From Candidatus Eiseniibacteriota bacterium (GTDB lineage: Bacteria; Eisenbacteria; RBG-16-71-46; JABDJR01), in contig CAVXKA010000003.1 of the NCBI GenBank assembly GCA_963762255.1, positions 160,001 to 224,000 on the forward strand: a stretch of DNA of 64,000 nt, given 5' to 3'. A program made the translations under genes and the position numbers. Each line of letters starts with the position of its first letter. Positions within the stretch are counted from its first letter, which is position 1. The notes under the pieces are model-generated. The model made no database searches, was not told the origin of the DNA, and saw nothing but the letters and a program-made list of their open reading frames with translations. Of the stretch, positions 18,126 through 28,107 are shown one piece after another.

Positions 18126-21100
18126 TCAGCGCACGCGCACGAGCCGACGCGCGACGGTGTGCGCACCGTCGCTCACCCGCGCGAAGTAGATCCCGCCCGG
18201 AGCCGTGTGCCCGCGGCCATCGACGCCGTCCCAGAAGAAGGCGCCTGCCGGCTCGGAGAAGCGCTCCTCGCGCACGACCTGGCCGCGCACGTCGAGGATC
18301 GTGACCCTCACGCTTCCAAGCGCGCCGCTCCACGCGATACGCGTTCCGGATGGGGAGGGGTTGGGCTCGGGCGCCGCCACCCGAAGCCCCGGGGGCAGGA
18401 TGTCGAGAGAACGCAGCACGCGCCAGCCGCTCGTGCGACCCAGGCCATCCATCGCAAGCGTGCAGGCGGCATTCACGCCTTCGATCCGCACACAGCGCGA
18501 GTCGTAGGGCGATCCCGACCAGACTGCGTCGTCAGACCCGAGGTCGCGCACTCGCAGTTGGATAAAGGAATCGAGCCCCTCGCCCGACCAGCAGAGAACT
18601 CCCCCGACGTCTTTCCACGTCCACTTGAGCGAGCTCACCCCCGGCTCCACCGGGGTCGCGCGATCGAAACCGAGATAGGCGCGTCTGCCCGCGTCGCCGC
18701 GCGCGGTGGGCCACGGAGCGGGACGCCCGGCCGGGCCCATCGGGAGCGACCACAGCCCGCCCGCGGTGTCGGCGATCACGACATACCGAACGCCCTCGGC
18801 ATCGGCCACCATCGGTGTTTCGATTGCGCCGAACGGGAAACGCCGAGGAAAGCCGGCGAGCGGCGTGAGATCCGAGCGCCACGCGAGGAGGGTGCCGTCC
18901 CGGCGTAGCGCGATCAAGTCGGACTCCCAGTCGCCGTCCAGGTCCGCGCAGAGCACCTCGCCCGCGATGGGCCCGCCGGCGGAGACGAACTGCACGACGG
19001 GAACGGTCCCCGGTTCGATCACGTGAATGCCGCCGGCCGAATCGGCGGCCACCGCCACCAATCGCTTGTCCGCGGCGAAGCCCGCCAACGAGAGCGCGGT
19101 GAACGGCGGGGCGTCGATCGAGACGCCGTCCATCGAGAAGCCCACCTGGGGTACGAGTTGATACCGGCGCAGCCACTGGAGGGTGGACGGGGCCGAGGGA
19201 TCCGAACACGCAACGAGAACCTGTCCCCCGCTGGTGATGACCGGAGGTAGCAGGTCGAGGCCCGGCGCATCGTCCCACCGCGTCGTGCCTCCTGCTCCGC
19301 CCCGCAGAAAGATGTGCAGCGCGCCGGCGGAGTCCACCGCGGCAACGTCCACCGGGCCGACACTGTCGATCGATCCCACCGCGACTGACGAGCAGGCGAA
19401 CGAGAGTCGCTCGGTCGTGGGCTCTGCTGCGCCGTTATACCGGACGATGAAGAGCCCTTGTGTGGACGGGACGAAGACCTCGGGCTCGGTGGTGGAGGCG
19501 CTCGCCGCAGGCTGCCCCGCGTCCGCGTCGATCGACACTGGCCAACCCGGCGGTGCGACTCCGGCGAAGGGGACGCCGCGAAGTGAAGTCCCTTCGCGCC
19601 ACACCGCCATGGGGGCGCTCACCCCCGGCCACGCCATCACGAGCGGTAACTCCCCGGCGACAATCGGCGCTGACGCTACCGAGTCCATCAACTCCGGCGC
19701 CGCGCCGCCCGTCGCTGTGCTCCAGGCCTTCAACGAATTCGGAGCGACGAACAGGAAGCTCGGCGCCGTCTCGGGATCCCCCGCCGTGTACGGTGTCAAG
19801 GAGCGCGCGCGCGCCGGGGTGTCCCATCCACCCCCCGCCGCCTGCACCGCCGCCGCGGCATCGACCAGCCCCGAGCCGAGCAGCGTCGCATAGGACGGGT
19901 TCATCGCGGCCACGCTCCGGCCGGTCGTCTTGAGCCAGCCGCGCACCGCCGACGCCGAGGCCTGCGGCGCCACCCCGCGCACCAGCGCGGCCGCCGCAGC
20001 AACCTGCGGGGACGCGAACGAGGTGCCCGAGTTCACCTTGTATCCGGGAAGCCGGGTGGCGTAGGAGAGGGTGGTCGAGGGAGGCCCCGTGTAGAACCCG
20101 GCGAGATCCACCCAGGTGCCGAAGTTGCTTCCGATGTTGCCACTGCCGGGCTTCACCCCCGATTCGAGAACGCCGGCCACCCCAAGACAGTCCTCCCGCG
20201 ACGCGAGGTATTGGAACTCGGTCGAGCTCGTGTTGCTGTTCCCGGCCGAGCCGACCACTACGACCCCGTAGGTGTTGATGGCCACGTCCAGAGCGGCGGC
20301 CAATCCGTACTGCGCGTCCCCGATGCTGTCCCAGGAGCAGTTGAGTACGCGCGCGCCGTTCAACGCCGCGTACTCGATCGCTTGCGCGCAGAACGACATG
20401 TACACCACAGGCCCTACGCTGCTGAGCCATCCCGCGCGCAGGACCATGATGCGGGCCTGCGGCGCCGCCCCCGCGATCCCCACCCCGTTGTCGGTGAGCG
20501 CGTTGATGAAGCCCGCGACCTCGGTGCCATGCCCGGCCAGATCCGTGGGGTCATTGTCAGGAACATGGCCGTCTTCGCCGGAGACGGGAGCACTCTGGCC
20601 GAGCGATACGGGGATCGCGGAGACCTCCACGAAGTCCCAGCCGATGAAATCGTCGACCTTCCCGTTGCCGTCGTCGTCCACGCCGGCAGAGCCGTTGACC
20701 TCGGTCGCGTTCTGCCAGAAAACGCGCGCGTCGGGCGGACTGCCGCCGCCGCCCAGATCGGGATGGCGCCAGTACGCACCGCTGTCGATGACCCCGACGA
20801 TCACCTCGCGACCGGCGGGCATGAACGGCCAAGCCCTGGCGAAGCGCTCGGAGAGGCCGCTCGGGTTGTGGATGTGAAACTGTCGTGGCGGCCCCGGATT
20901 CCCCAGGAGATAGGGATCGTCGGGCAACGCAGCCATGTTCATCACCCAGTCCGAACCGCCGCGCACGACACTGGAGGATCGGCCGAACGACTCCAACCAT
21001 TCCCGGTTGAGCGGCGTTGCATCGGCACCTGCCGGCGGCTCGAAGGTGATCAGCGCGAAACGGGCGAGCGGGCCGGTGCGGCTCGTGAAGAGGGGTTCGA

Positions 21101-21287
21101 TGCGCGGGTGCATGGCCTCGCCTCCCGGAGGCAGAGGCAGCCGAAGCGTTCCCGCATGGAGCGCGCGGGCGCCGGCGTCGGTGAGTTCCACCACCAACCG
21201 GCCCGGGACCTCCTGCGCTGCGTGGACGGGGGTTGCGGCTGCGAGCGCGAGGCATACGAATCCCGCCAGAGCCAGTCGACGCATCAT
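18126..21287 (-). CDS. S8 subtilisin-like protease with FG-GAP-like region and FlgD-type CTD
   Basis: Catalytic triad IDSG / HGTEVAG / GTSFASP; GVDDDGNGKVDD..GWDF insertion; C-terminal PNPS..WDGVDGRG..GIYF. Confidence 0.9.
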   Translation of the reverse strand: MMRRLALAGFVCLALAAATPVHAAQEVPGRLVVELTDAGARALHAGTLRLPLPPGGEAMHPRIEPLFTSRTGPLARFALITFEPPAGADATPLNREWLESFGRSSSVVRGGSDWVMNMAALPDDPYLLGNPGPPRQFHIHNPSGLSERFARAWPFMPAGREVIVGVIDSGAYWRHPDLGGGGSPPDARVFWQNATEVNGSAGVDDDGNGKVDDFIGWDFVEVSAIPVSLGQSAPVSGEDGHVPDNDPTDLAGHGTEVAGFINALTDNGVGIAGAAPQARIMVLRAGWLSSVGPVVYMSFCAQAIEYAALNGARVLNCSWDSIGDAQYGLAAALDVAINTYGVVVVGSAGNSNTSSTEFQYLASREDCLGVAGVLESGVKPGSGNIGSNFGTWVDLAGFYTGPPSTTLSYATRLPGYKVNSGTSFASPQVAAAAALVRGVAPQASASAVRGWLKTTGRSVAAMNPSYATLLGSGLVDAAAAVQAAGGGWDTPARARSLTPYTAGDPETAPSFLFVAPNSLKAWSTATGGAAPELMDSVASAPIVAGELPLVMAWPGVSAPMAVWREGTSLRGVPFAGVAPPGWPVSIDADAGQPAASASTTEPEVFVPSTQGLFIVRYNGAAEPTTERLSFACSSVAVGSIDSVGPVDVAAVDSAGALHIFLRGGAGGTTRWDDAPGLDLLPPVITSGGQVLVACSDPSAPSTLQWLRRYQLVPQVGFSMDGVSIDAPPFTALSLAGFAADKRLVAVAADSAGGIHVIEPGTVPVVQFVSAGGPIAGEVLCADLDGDWESDLIALRRDGTLLAWRSDLTPLAGFPRRFPFGAIETPMVADAEGVRYVVIADTAGGLWSLPMGPAGRPAPWPTARGDAGRRAYLGFDRATPVEPGVSSLKWTWKDVGGVLCWSGEGLDSFIQLRVRDLGSDDAVWSGSPYDSRCVRIEGVNAACTLAMDGLGRTSGWRVLRSLDILPPGLRVAAPEPNPSPSGTRIAWSGALGSVRVTILDVRGQVVREERFSEPAGAFFWDGVDGRGHTAPGGIYFARVSDGAHTVARRLVRVR

Positions 21288-21308
21288 GGGTGCAGTCTAG
21301 CACGCCCC

Positions 21309-21337
21309 TTGACGGGTCCGCGGGGGCCTCGTAGCGT
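21309..21337 (+). promoter_or_regulatory. Putative sigma70 promoter of pyrE
   Basis: TTGACG-N17-TAGCGT. Confidence 0.5.
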
Positions 21338-21366
21338 GGTCTCATCGGTCCCATACGGAGGTGCCC

Positions 21367-21915
21367 ATGCCGCTCAGTGCCCGCGATCGCCTGAAAGAGA
21401 TCCTCGTCCGCGAGAGCCTCCTCCGAGGCGACTTCGTGCTCTCCTCCGGGCAGCGCAGCTCGTTCTATCTCGACGTGCGACGCACCAGCATGCATCCCGA
21501 GGGCGCCGCGCTCTGCGCGGAACTCATCCTCGAAGGATTGAGCGACCTCGAACTCGACGCGGTAGGCGGGCCGGTCCTTGGCGCCGCGCCGCTGGTCGGC
21601 GCGCTCGCCTCGGAGAGTTTTCGCCGAGGCCGCCCGGTCAACACGTTTCTCGTGCGGCGCGAGGCGAAGGGGCACGGCACCGCCAAGCTCATCGAGGGAC
21701 TCTTTCCGGTGGGGGGAACGGTGGCGCTCGTGGAGGATGTGGTGACCACCGGCGGATCCGTGCTGCGCGCGCTCGCGGTGGCGCGCGGCGAAGGGGCCAG
21801 GGTCGCCCGCGTGATCTGCGTGGTGGATCGCGAGCAGGGAGGCGCCGAGGCCATGATCGAACACCAGGTGGACTACCGCGCGCTCTTCACGGTCTCCGAA
21901 CTCCTCGGTGGCTGA
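21367..21915 (+). CDS. pyrE: Orotate phosphoribosyltransferase
   Basis: FVLSSGQRSSFYLD, VRREAKGHG, VEDVVTTGGS PRPP motif; GGAGG RBS. Confidence 0.93.
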   Translation: MPLSARDRLKEILVRESLLRGDFVLSSGQRSSFYLDVRRTSMHPEGAALCAELILEGLSDLELDAVGGPVLGAAPLVGALASESFRRGRPVNTFLVRREAKGHGTAKLIEGLFPVGGTVALVEDVVTTGGSVLRALAVARGEGARVARVICVVDREQGGAEAMIEHQVDYRALFTVSELLGG

Positions 21916-21923
21916 GCCAGGAT

Positions 21924-22376
21924 ATGGGAGACCGCCTCGTCTGCCCCCATTGCGGCCTCGCGCTCGATCGCTATGACCAGCCGCGCCTGACCGTGGACGC
22001 GGTGGTGCACAACGCCGAGGGCGAAGTGCTCCTGATCGAGCGCGTGAATCCCCCTCACGGCTGGGCGCTGCCCGGGGGCTTCGTCGATCCCGGAGAAACC
22101 ATCGAGAACGCGGTCGCACGAGAGCTGAGCGAGGAGACCGGTCTCGAAGCGACCCGTGTCGAACAGTTCCACACCTACTCGGACCCGCGCCGGGATCCGC
22201 GTCATCACACGGTCTCCACGGTCTTCCTGGTCGATGCGGCGGGCGCGCCGAGCGCCGGCGATGACGCTGCTCAGGCGGCCTTCTTCGCCTACGACCGGCT
22301 CCCCCCGCTCGCCTTCGATCACGCCGAGATCCTCGTCGACGTGGCGCGGTTCCGCGCGGGCGGACGCCGGCCCTGA
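21924..22376 (+). CDS. NUDIX hydrolase
   Basis: Nudix box GGFVDPGETIENAVARELSEETGL; YSDPRRDPR. This is the 3' end of the over-extended ORF 20211..22376. Confidence 0.88.
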   Translation: MGDRLVCPHCGLALDRYDQPRLTVDAVVHNAEGEVLLIERVNPPHGWALPGGFVDPGETIENAVARELSEETGLEATRVEQFHTYSDPRRDPRHHTVSTVFLVDAAGAPSAGDDAAQAAFFAYDRLPPLAFDHAEILVDVARFRAGGRRP

Positions 22377-22455
22377 AGTCCTGTGCTAGACTCGATCCGG
22401 ATGCCGAACGCCGCGTGGTGACAATCGGCAGGGCATAGCCGCCCAAGGAGACGAC

Positions 22456-22722
22456 ATGTTTGGAATCGGCGCGCAGGAGCTGATGATCATCTTCCTCATC
22501 GTACTCCTGCTCTTCGGGGCGAATCGGATTCCGGAGATCGCGCGCGGGCTCGGTAAAGGGATTCGCGACTTCAAACGGGCCACGCGGGAGATCGACGACG
22601 AGGTGCGGTACAGCGACGACGATCGCCGGCGTTTGAACGAGCGCCCCGCCTCGGTGCCGCCCGCCACACCACCTCCTTCGGAGACGACCTCGAGCCGTCC
22701 CCCTCAGGAGAAGTCCTCCTAG
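22456..22722 (+). CDS. tatA: Twin-arginine translocase subunit TatA/E
   Basis: [40 protein letters not shown]; AGGAG RBS. Confidence 0.92.
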   Translation: MFGIGAQELMIIFLIVLLLFGANRIPEIARGLGKGIRDFKRATREIDDEVRYSDDDRRRLNERPASVPPATPPPSETTSSRPPQEKSS

Positions 22723-22773
22723 ACCCCGCCGCGCCCGGATCCCCGAGTGGCCGCGGGTTGCGGCCCTGGCCGA

Positions 22774-25218
22774 CTACTCGGCGTCGGGGATCCAGAGGAG
22801 GGCCACCTCCTCCACGCGCACGTCGTCCCGCTCCAGCGCAACCGGGAAGGTCGTGATCGTCCCCGCCAGCGCAGCCTTGTCGGCGCGGATGCGCTCGATG
22901 TCGCGGGCGAGCGAAGCCTCCAACTCCTGCATCTCGCTCTGCGCGCCCGCGAGTTGCGCCTCCTCCTTCTGGAGCTGCGACGCAGCGGAGCCGGCCATGC
23001 GCTGCTTGCTCGCGGTCTGGCTCAGGACGCGCGTGGGCTTGCGGCCGCCGAGCAGCACGCCCAGCACGCTCTCCCCCACCGAGAGAAAGGTCTCTTGCTT
23101 GCGCGCGCTGACCGTCGCCCGCGCGCGCTCCACGTCGAGCGATTCGGCCTGGATGCGATCCTCGATCCGGCGCTTCTTCTCGAGCACCTTGTCCCGCAGA
23201 GCCGCCATTTCCTGATCGGCGAGATCGTCGGCGAGCGCTCGCACGCGCTCCGCGAACGCTTCCTTGCTCTCTCCGACCCGCGAGTAGGTCTTGAGACCGG
23301 CGCAGAAGTAGAGCTCCAAGCGCTCGACACCCAACAGGGTTTCCTTGAGATCGCGCTCCAGCACCGTGAAGGTGCGGCGACTCTCGAGCGCGGGGGGAAG
23401 CGGCTCGAAGGGCACTCCCGGCACCGGCTCCGAGTCGAAGTCGTCGTTGAGATCGGGCGTGTCGGGCGCGGGCCAGCGCCAGCCATCCGCGCCCTGCAAC
23501 GGGAAGATGAGGCGCCACTCGGGCTGCGTGTGGTCGAGCGCCGCCCGGGTCTCGTCGAAGTGCACGGTGGCCCGGCCGAGGATGGCCGCGCGATAGCGTT
23601 TGGGGGGACCGGGTCGCGCGCCCGACACCGCGCCCTGCGGCCGGTCCGGCTGGAGCGCGCGCGGCGCCAGGAAACGCACGACCACTCCCGGGGGAGACGC
23701 CGGCATCGCGGCGCCGCCGGGGGTCGAAGTGGCACTCGATATCGCCGCGGCGCTGGGGGTCGCAGCGACGGCGGGCGCGGCGGCGGGGCCAGCCGCAGCG
23801 GCAGCCCCAGCCGCGACCGCGGCTCCGGCCCATGCCCGCGCTTCAGCGGGAACCAGTTTCCGCACCTCGTCGCGCGTCAGCGGCCCGCGCAGATACGACA
23901 TCGCCCAACGCGTGGAGAACACCTTGGGACCGCCCTTGTCGTGCACGTTGCGCATGAGGAACTGTCGGGGCTTGAGCGCGGAGATCACGTTGTCCATCTC
24001 CGCTCGCGTGGCGCCCGCGTCCACCATCTCCAGGCCGTCCAGCAACCGGGCCTTATCGCGCTCGGTGGAGAGACGCCCCACGCACCAGACGCCGGCATTG
24101 GTCAGCCCCTTGTAGTCGAGATCCACCGGGTTCTGCGTGGCCACCACCAGCCCCACCCCGAACGCCCGCGCCTGCTTGAGAAGCGTGAGCATCGGCTGCT
24201 TGGTCGGCGGGTTGGCCGGATGCGGAGGCATGAGTCCCCACACCTCGTCGATCACCATCAGGAGACGCAGCGAACCCGTCCCGCTCTGCCGGCGCATCCA
24301 GGAGATGACCTCGCCGAGGAGAAGCGTGGCGAACATCTGCCGATCCTCGTCGCCCAGATGCGCGGTGTAGAAGAGGCCGAGCGGGGTCTTGCCGGCGGGC
24401 GCCTCCATGAACCGATCGAGGCGAAGCGGCACCCCCACCTGCCAGGCCGCGAATGCTGGGCTGGCCAAGAGCGCGTTGAGCTTCTGCATCGTCTCCCGGC
24501 GGCGCTCGGGCGGATAGAACGTGTCGACGTGCAGGACTCCGAGCTTGGCGAAGGGGGGATGAAGAAGATAGCCGAGGATATCCTCGAGGCCGGGTCGCTC
24601 CCCCGCACGCCACCGATTCTCGAGAAGGTTGGCCAGAAAGATATGCGAAGGGCTCTGCAGCGGGTCCGCGTCTTCCCCGGCCCGGCTCAAGAGCGCCGAC
24701 ACCACCGCCGCGATCCGCTCGCGGATGATCTCCGCATCGGAGTCCCAGGACAGATCGGGTGGATCGAACCCGGAGAGCACGTTCACCGGCAAACCCGCGT
24801 CGCTTCCCGGGGTGAAGAGGCGCATCACCGTCTTCTCGCGCAGCTCGCGGATCCGGTCGCGGCCGAGGCCGTCGCGCCCGAGCCCCTCGGTCCATCGGGT
24901 CGCGGTCTGCGCGGCGAGGTCGTCCACGCTGATCCCGGCCCGCTGCGCCTCCTGCGGATCCACCCAGGGAGCGAAGTCGCGAGCCTCGAGGGAAGGGAAG
25001 GTGAGGAACAGGTTGGCGAGATCGCCCTTCGGATCGAGCACGACCGCTGGGATGCCGTGGCGCAGTGCTTCCTCGATGAGGGCGATCAGGAGTCCGGTCT
25101 TGCCGCTCCCGGTCATCCCCACCACCACCCCGTGGGTGGTGAGATCCGAGGGGGCAAGTTCGAGGCGCGAGGGGGCGTCTCCGGCCAGGTTCCCGAGAAA
25201 CAGCCCGTCGTCGCTCAA
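22774..25218 (-). CDS. HerA/DUF87-like P-loop ATPase with C-terminal coiled coil
   Basis: Start reassigned to TTG 25218, overlapping the upstream stop. LTTHGVVVGMTGSGKT Walker A, DPKGD, MVIDE Walker B, QARAFG, ATQNP. Confidence 0.8.
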   Translation of the reverse strand: MSDDGLFLGNLAGDAPSRLELAPSDLTTHGVVVGMTGSGKTGLLIALIEEALRHGIPAVVLDPKGDLANLFLTFPSLEARDFAPWVDPQEAQRAGISVDDLAAQTATRWTEGLGRDGLGRDRIRELREKTVMRLFTPGSDAGLPVNVLSGFDPPDLSWDSDAEIIRERIAAVVSALLSRAGEDADPLQSPSHIFLANLLENRWRAGERPGLEDILGYLLHPPFAKLGVLHVDTFYPPERRRETMQKLNALLASPAFAAWQVGVPLRLDRFMEAPAGKTPLGLFYTAHLGDEDRQMFATLLLGEVISWMRRQSGTGSLRLLMVIDEVWGLMPPHPANPPTKQPMLTLLKQARAFGVGLVVATQNPVDLDYKGLTNAGVWCVGRLSTERDKARLLDGLEMVDAGATRAEMDNVISALKPRQFLMRNVHDKGGPKVFSTRWAMSYLRGPLTRDEVRKLVPAEARAWAGAAVAAGAAAAAGPAAAPAVAATPSAAAISSATSTPGGAAMPASPPGVVVRFLAPRALQPDRPQGAVSGARPGPPKRYRAAILGRATVHFDETRAALDHTQPEWRLIFPLQGADGWRWPAPDTPDLNDDFDSEPVPGVPFEPLPPALESRRTFTVLERDLKETLLGVERLELYFCAGLKTYSRVGESKEAFAERVRALADDLADQEMAALRDKVLEKKRRIEDRIQAESLDVERARATVSARKQETFLSVGESVLGVLLGGRKPTRVLSQTASKQRMAGSAASQLQKEEAQLAGAQSEMQELEASLARDIERIRADKAALAGTITTFPVALERDDVRVEEVALLWIPDAE

Positions 25219-26342
25219 ACCACCCCTCCGGCCGCGACCGTCTCCCCGATCTCGCGGCGGGCTCTGAGTTCCGCCATGCGCTTGCGCTCCGACTTGGACA
25301 GGAACGCGATTGCCACCAGGATGAGTCCGAGCCCGAGCCAGTCCGCCGGCTTGGGAAAGCTTCCCTTGAAGAGAATTGCGAAGAGAAGCGTGCTGATGGT
25401 GCCGGCAATGAGCGAAGTCAGCCGGTTCACGAGCCCGGCAAACGTCGCCGTGCGTCCCTTGAACATGAAGAGAAAGACCGAGAAGAAGGAGACGGCGCCG
25501 AAGAACATGCCGGCGACGACGGCTCCGCGCCAGGCGGCGTGCGGCGCCTGGAACGCGCCGCGGAACTCCTCGATGAAGTGACCCGTGAGCTGGAGCAACT
25601 GCGGGGCGTTGAAAAGAAGGAGGCCCGCCACCAGGATCGTACTGCTCGCCGCGATCTGCTCCACCGCGAAGAACGCCTTGTTGTCGAGCTTCTGTCCCTT
25701 GCCACGGGTGTTCTTGTAGTAGTTCATGATGTAGATGCGGAACGAATAGGCGATGATGTAGCTGATCAGCACGGTCATCGCGGGCACGTTGTGGACGAAT
25801 TCGAGGCTGACCCCGCCCGACTTGTCCGTGGGGAAGAAGATGTTCACCAGGACGGCCAGGATCGCGAACACGACCGCGGCGTTCTCCTCCCAGTAGACCT
25901 TCTTGTCGAGAAGCCCCTGGCGGGTCTGGATCGCGTCCACGACCCGGCTGATCACGATTACGCTTCCCCGCATGATCACCATCGCCACCATGACCGAGCT
26001 GACCAGCAGGTACATGAGGGTCGTGGTCGGGATGACCACCGCGGTGAAGATCCCCGACGGGATGATGTAGAGGAGTTCGCTCGGGAAGCTCAAGCGGCCG
26101 ATGCGGATTGGCCGAATCGTCTTCAGCCGATACCAGCGCCAGGCGAGCACCACGAAGAGCGCCACGGCGGTGCCGCCGATGGTGCTGTACACCAGGAAGG
26201 CGACCTGCGACATCCCGGGAAGGCCGTGTTCCGCACTTCCAGGGAAGTACTTCGACGCCACCCCGAAGAACGTGTAGAAAAAGAAATAGCCGAGGCAGAG
26301 CTGGATGAGACGGCCCGTGCTCCCCTCGACGGTCTTCCACAT
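25215..26342 (-). CDS. Multi-pass membrane protein, possibly DMT/EamA-like
   Basis: Roughly ten hydrophobic segments; start reassigned to ATG 26342; family assignment tentative. Confidence 0.65.
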   Translation of the reverse strand: MWKTVEGSTGRLIQLCLGYFFFYTFFGVASKYFPGSAEHGLPGMSQVAFLVYSTIGGTAVALFVVLAWRWYRLKTIRPIRIGRLSFPSELLYIIPSGIFTAVVIPTTTLMYLLVSSVMVAMVIMRGSVIVISRVVDAIQTRQGLLDKKVYWEENAAVVFAILAVLVNIFFPTDKSGGVSLEFVHNVPAMTVLISYIIAYSFRIYIMNYYKNTRGKGQKLDNKAFFAVEQIAASSTILVAGLLLFNAPQLLQLTGHFIEEFRGAFQAPHAAWRGAVVAGMFFGAVSFFSVFLFMFKGRTATFAGLVNRLTSLIAGTISTLLFAILFKGSFPKPADWLGLGLILVAIAFLSKSERKRMAELRARREIGETVAAGGVV

Positions 26343-26390
26343 ACCGATTCCCCGCTTCCTGCTGCGGCGCATGGCGGCGCCGACCCCGGA

Positions 26391-27326
26391 TCAGACCCCT
26401 TTGGGCTTGCTCAGCCTGGCCGATCCATCGTCCTGTTCCGGCCATGCCTTGAGAAAACTGATGAACTCCTGGGCCGGCCGGCTGAGAACGCGCCGCTCCT
26501 TCCAGTACACCGTCACCGGACGGTCGAACTGCGCCTCAGGGATCTCCAACGCTTTGAGAACCTTGTCCTTGACCTCGAGTTCCAGCCCGATGCGGGGAAG
26601 GAAGGCGAGCCCCATCCCCGCCACCGCCAACTGCTTGATCGTGGCGATGTTGGAAAGCTCCAGCACGTAGTCGAGGTTGATGCCCAGGCTCTTGAAATGC
26701 GAGTCGATCATGATGCGGGTGGGCGTCCCGGGCTCGTACCCGATGAATTTCTGGTCGGCCAGATCCTTCAGAGTGAGCTTGCGCTTCTTGGCCAGCGGGT
26801 GATTCCCCGGCGCCACCAGAACCATGTGGTTGTTCATGATCACCGACGACTCGAGCTGCGGGTACTGACGGTTCCAGGCGATCAGGGCCAGGTCGATCTG
26901 GTTCTCCTGGAGCATCTCCAGGACCAGGTTCGAGCTGTGCATCTCGAGGTTGATCTGGACATCCGGAAACTGCGCATGGAAGGCGGTCAGGATCTCGGGG
27001 AGCAGGTAGATACCGATCGAGTTGACGCTCCCCACGTGAAGCGGTCCCCGGATCTCCGTCTCGGCCAGGACCATAGCCCGCTTCATCTCGTCGTACGTCT
27101 CGAACATCTTCGAGGCGTAGCGAAAGACGAGATCCCCGGTGTCGGTGAGGGCCATGCCCCCCTTGGTCCGGTTGAAGAGCGTGCTGTCCAGGGATTCCTC
27201 GAGCTGCTTGAGCTGGGTGCTCAGCGCCGACTGGGCGATGAGCAGTTCCTTCGACGCTTTGCTGACGCTCCTGTGCACCGCCACCCGGTAAAAATAGTAG
27301 AGATGATTATAGTTGCATGGGAGCAT
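26391..27326 (-). CDS. LysR-family transcriptional regulator
   Basis: NYNHLYYFYRVA..SKASKELLIAQSALSTQLKQLEE..LFNR HTH plus substrate-binding domain. Confidence 0.93.
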   Translation of the reverse strand: MLPCNYNHLYYFYRVAVHRSVSKASKELLIAQSALSTQLKQLEESLDSTLFNRTKGGMALTDTGDLVFRYASKMFETYDEMKRAMVLAETEIRGPLHVGSVNSIGIYLLPEILTAFHAQFPDVQINLEMHSSNLVLEMLQENQIDLALIAWNRQYPQLESSVIMNNHMVLVAPGNHPLAKKRKLTLKDLADQKFIGYEPGTPTRIMIDSHFKSLGINLDYVLELSNIATIKQLAVAGMGLAFLPRIGLELEVKDKVLKALEIPEAQFDRPVTVYWKERRVLSRPAQEFISFLKAWPEQDDGSARLSKPKGV

Positions 27327-27527
27327 GGACGTGGTTACCTCACTGGGCCAATGGCTGATACCGGGAAGCCGGCGGACAAGTTTTACGCTTTGACGTGATC
27401 AGGGTCAAGGCTACCACGGCGAGGGCATGGCGTGGGGGTGGGATGCGTCGCTTCGGCGGGCATCCCCGCGGGTGGGCGACGAGCCGATCCCGTGATACCA
27501 TCTCGTGCCTGGGAGGATCACCACGCG

Positions 27528-27788
27528 ATGATCGAGCATATCAACACGCAGCCCCTCAAGGTGGGCCAGCGAGTCGTCATTCAGCACAAGTTCAGCCGGG
27601 ACCTGGACACCACACGCCCCGGAGGTCCCATCGAGCAGAGCTACCAGTACATGCCGGGGAAGGTGACCGAGACGCGCATCCTCCACGGCCGCCTCGAGTT
27701 CAAGGTGCAGCTCGATCGGCCTCACCCCGTCGGGCAGGACTGGTTCTGGATGGGCATCGTCTTCCCCGAAGGCAAGCAGCCGGCGTAA
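27528..27788 (+). CDS. Small hypothetical protein, SH3/KOW-like
   Basis: GGGAGG RBS; GC-rich third codon positions; LKVGQRVVI..GKVTET..FKVQLD beta pattern. Confidence 0.6.
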   Translation: MIEHINTQPLKVGQRVVIQHKFSRDLDTTRPGGPIEQSYQYMPGKVTETRILHGRLEFKVQLDRPHPVGQDWFWMGIVFPEGKQPA

Positions 27789-27820
27789 GCCGCTCCCCGA
27801 CCGACTCGAAGAGGAACAAC

Positions 27821-28102
27821 ATGACTTACGTGATCGGACAGCCGTGCATTGGGACCAAGGACACTTCCTGTGTGGACGTGTGCCCGGTCGATTGCATCCA
27901 CCCCCGCAAGGACGAGCCCGAGTTTGAAAAGGCCGAGATGCTCTATATCGATCCCGAGGAGTGCATCGACTGCGGCGCGTGCGAACCAGCGTGCCCCGTC
28001 TCCGCCATCGGTCCCGAGGACGCCCCCATCGAGGGGGTGAGCGAGGCCGAATGGAAGGAGTGGCTGCAGAAGAACACGGCCTGGTACACGGCACAGAAGT
28101 AA
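27821..28102 (+). CDS. Ferredoxin, probably 7Fe ([3Fe-4S]+[4Fe-4S]) type
   Basis: [17 protein letters not shown] and [12 protein letters not shown]; GAGG RBS. Confidence 0.92.
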   Translation: MTYVIGQPCIGTKDTSCVDVCPVDCIHPRKDEPEFEKAEMLYIDPEECIDCGACEPACPVSAIGPEDAPIEGVSEAEWKEWLQKNTAWYTAQK

Positions 28103-28107
28103 TCGCG

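Noticed and set aside
20211-22376. 721-aa ORF, and similarly over-extended ORFs 29049..30908, 27395..28102, 17262..18038 and 49348..51357
   Set aside because: Only the 3' parts are real genes (NUDIX, thyA, ferredoxin, lipoprotein, glnS); these are not fusions.
25219-26445. Apparent 1223-aa ATPase with a long N-terminal extension
   Set aside because: The extension is Arg/Gly/Pro-rich out-of-frame read-through of the membrane-protein gene; the ATPase domain starts at TTG 25218.
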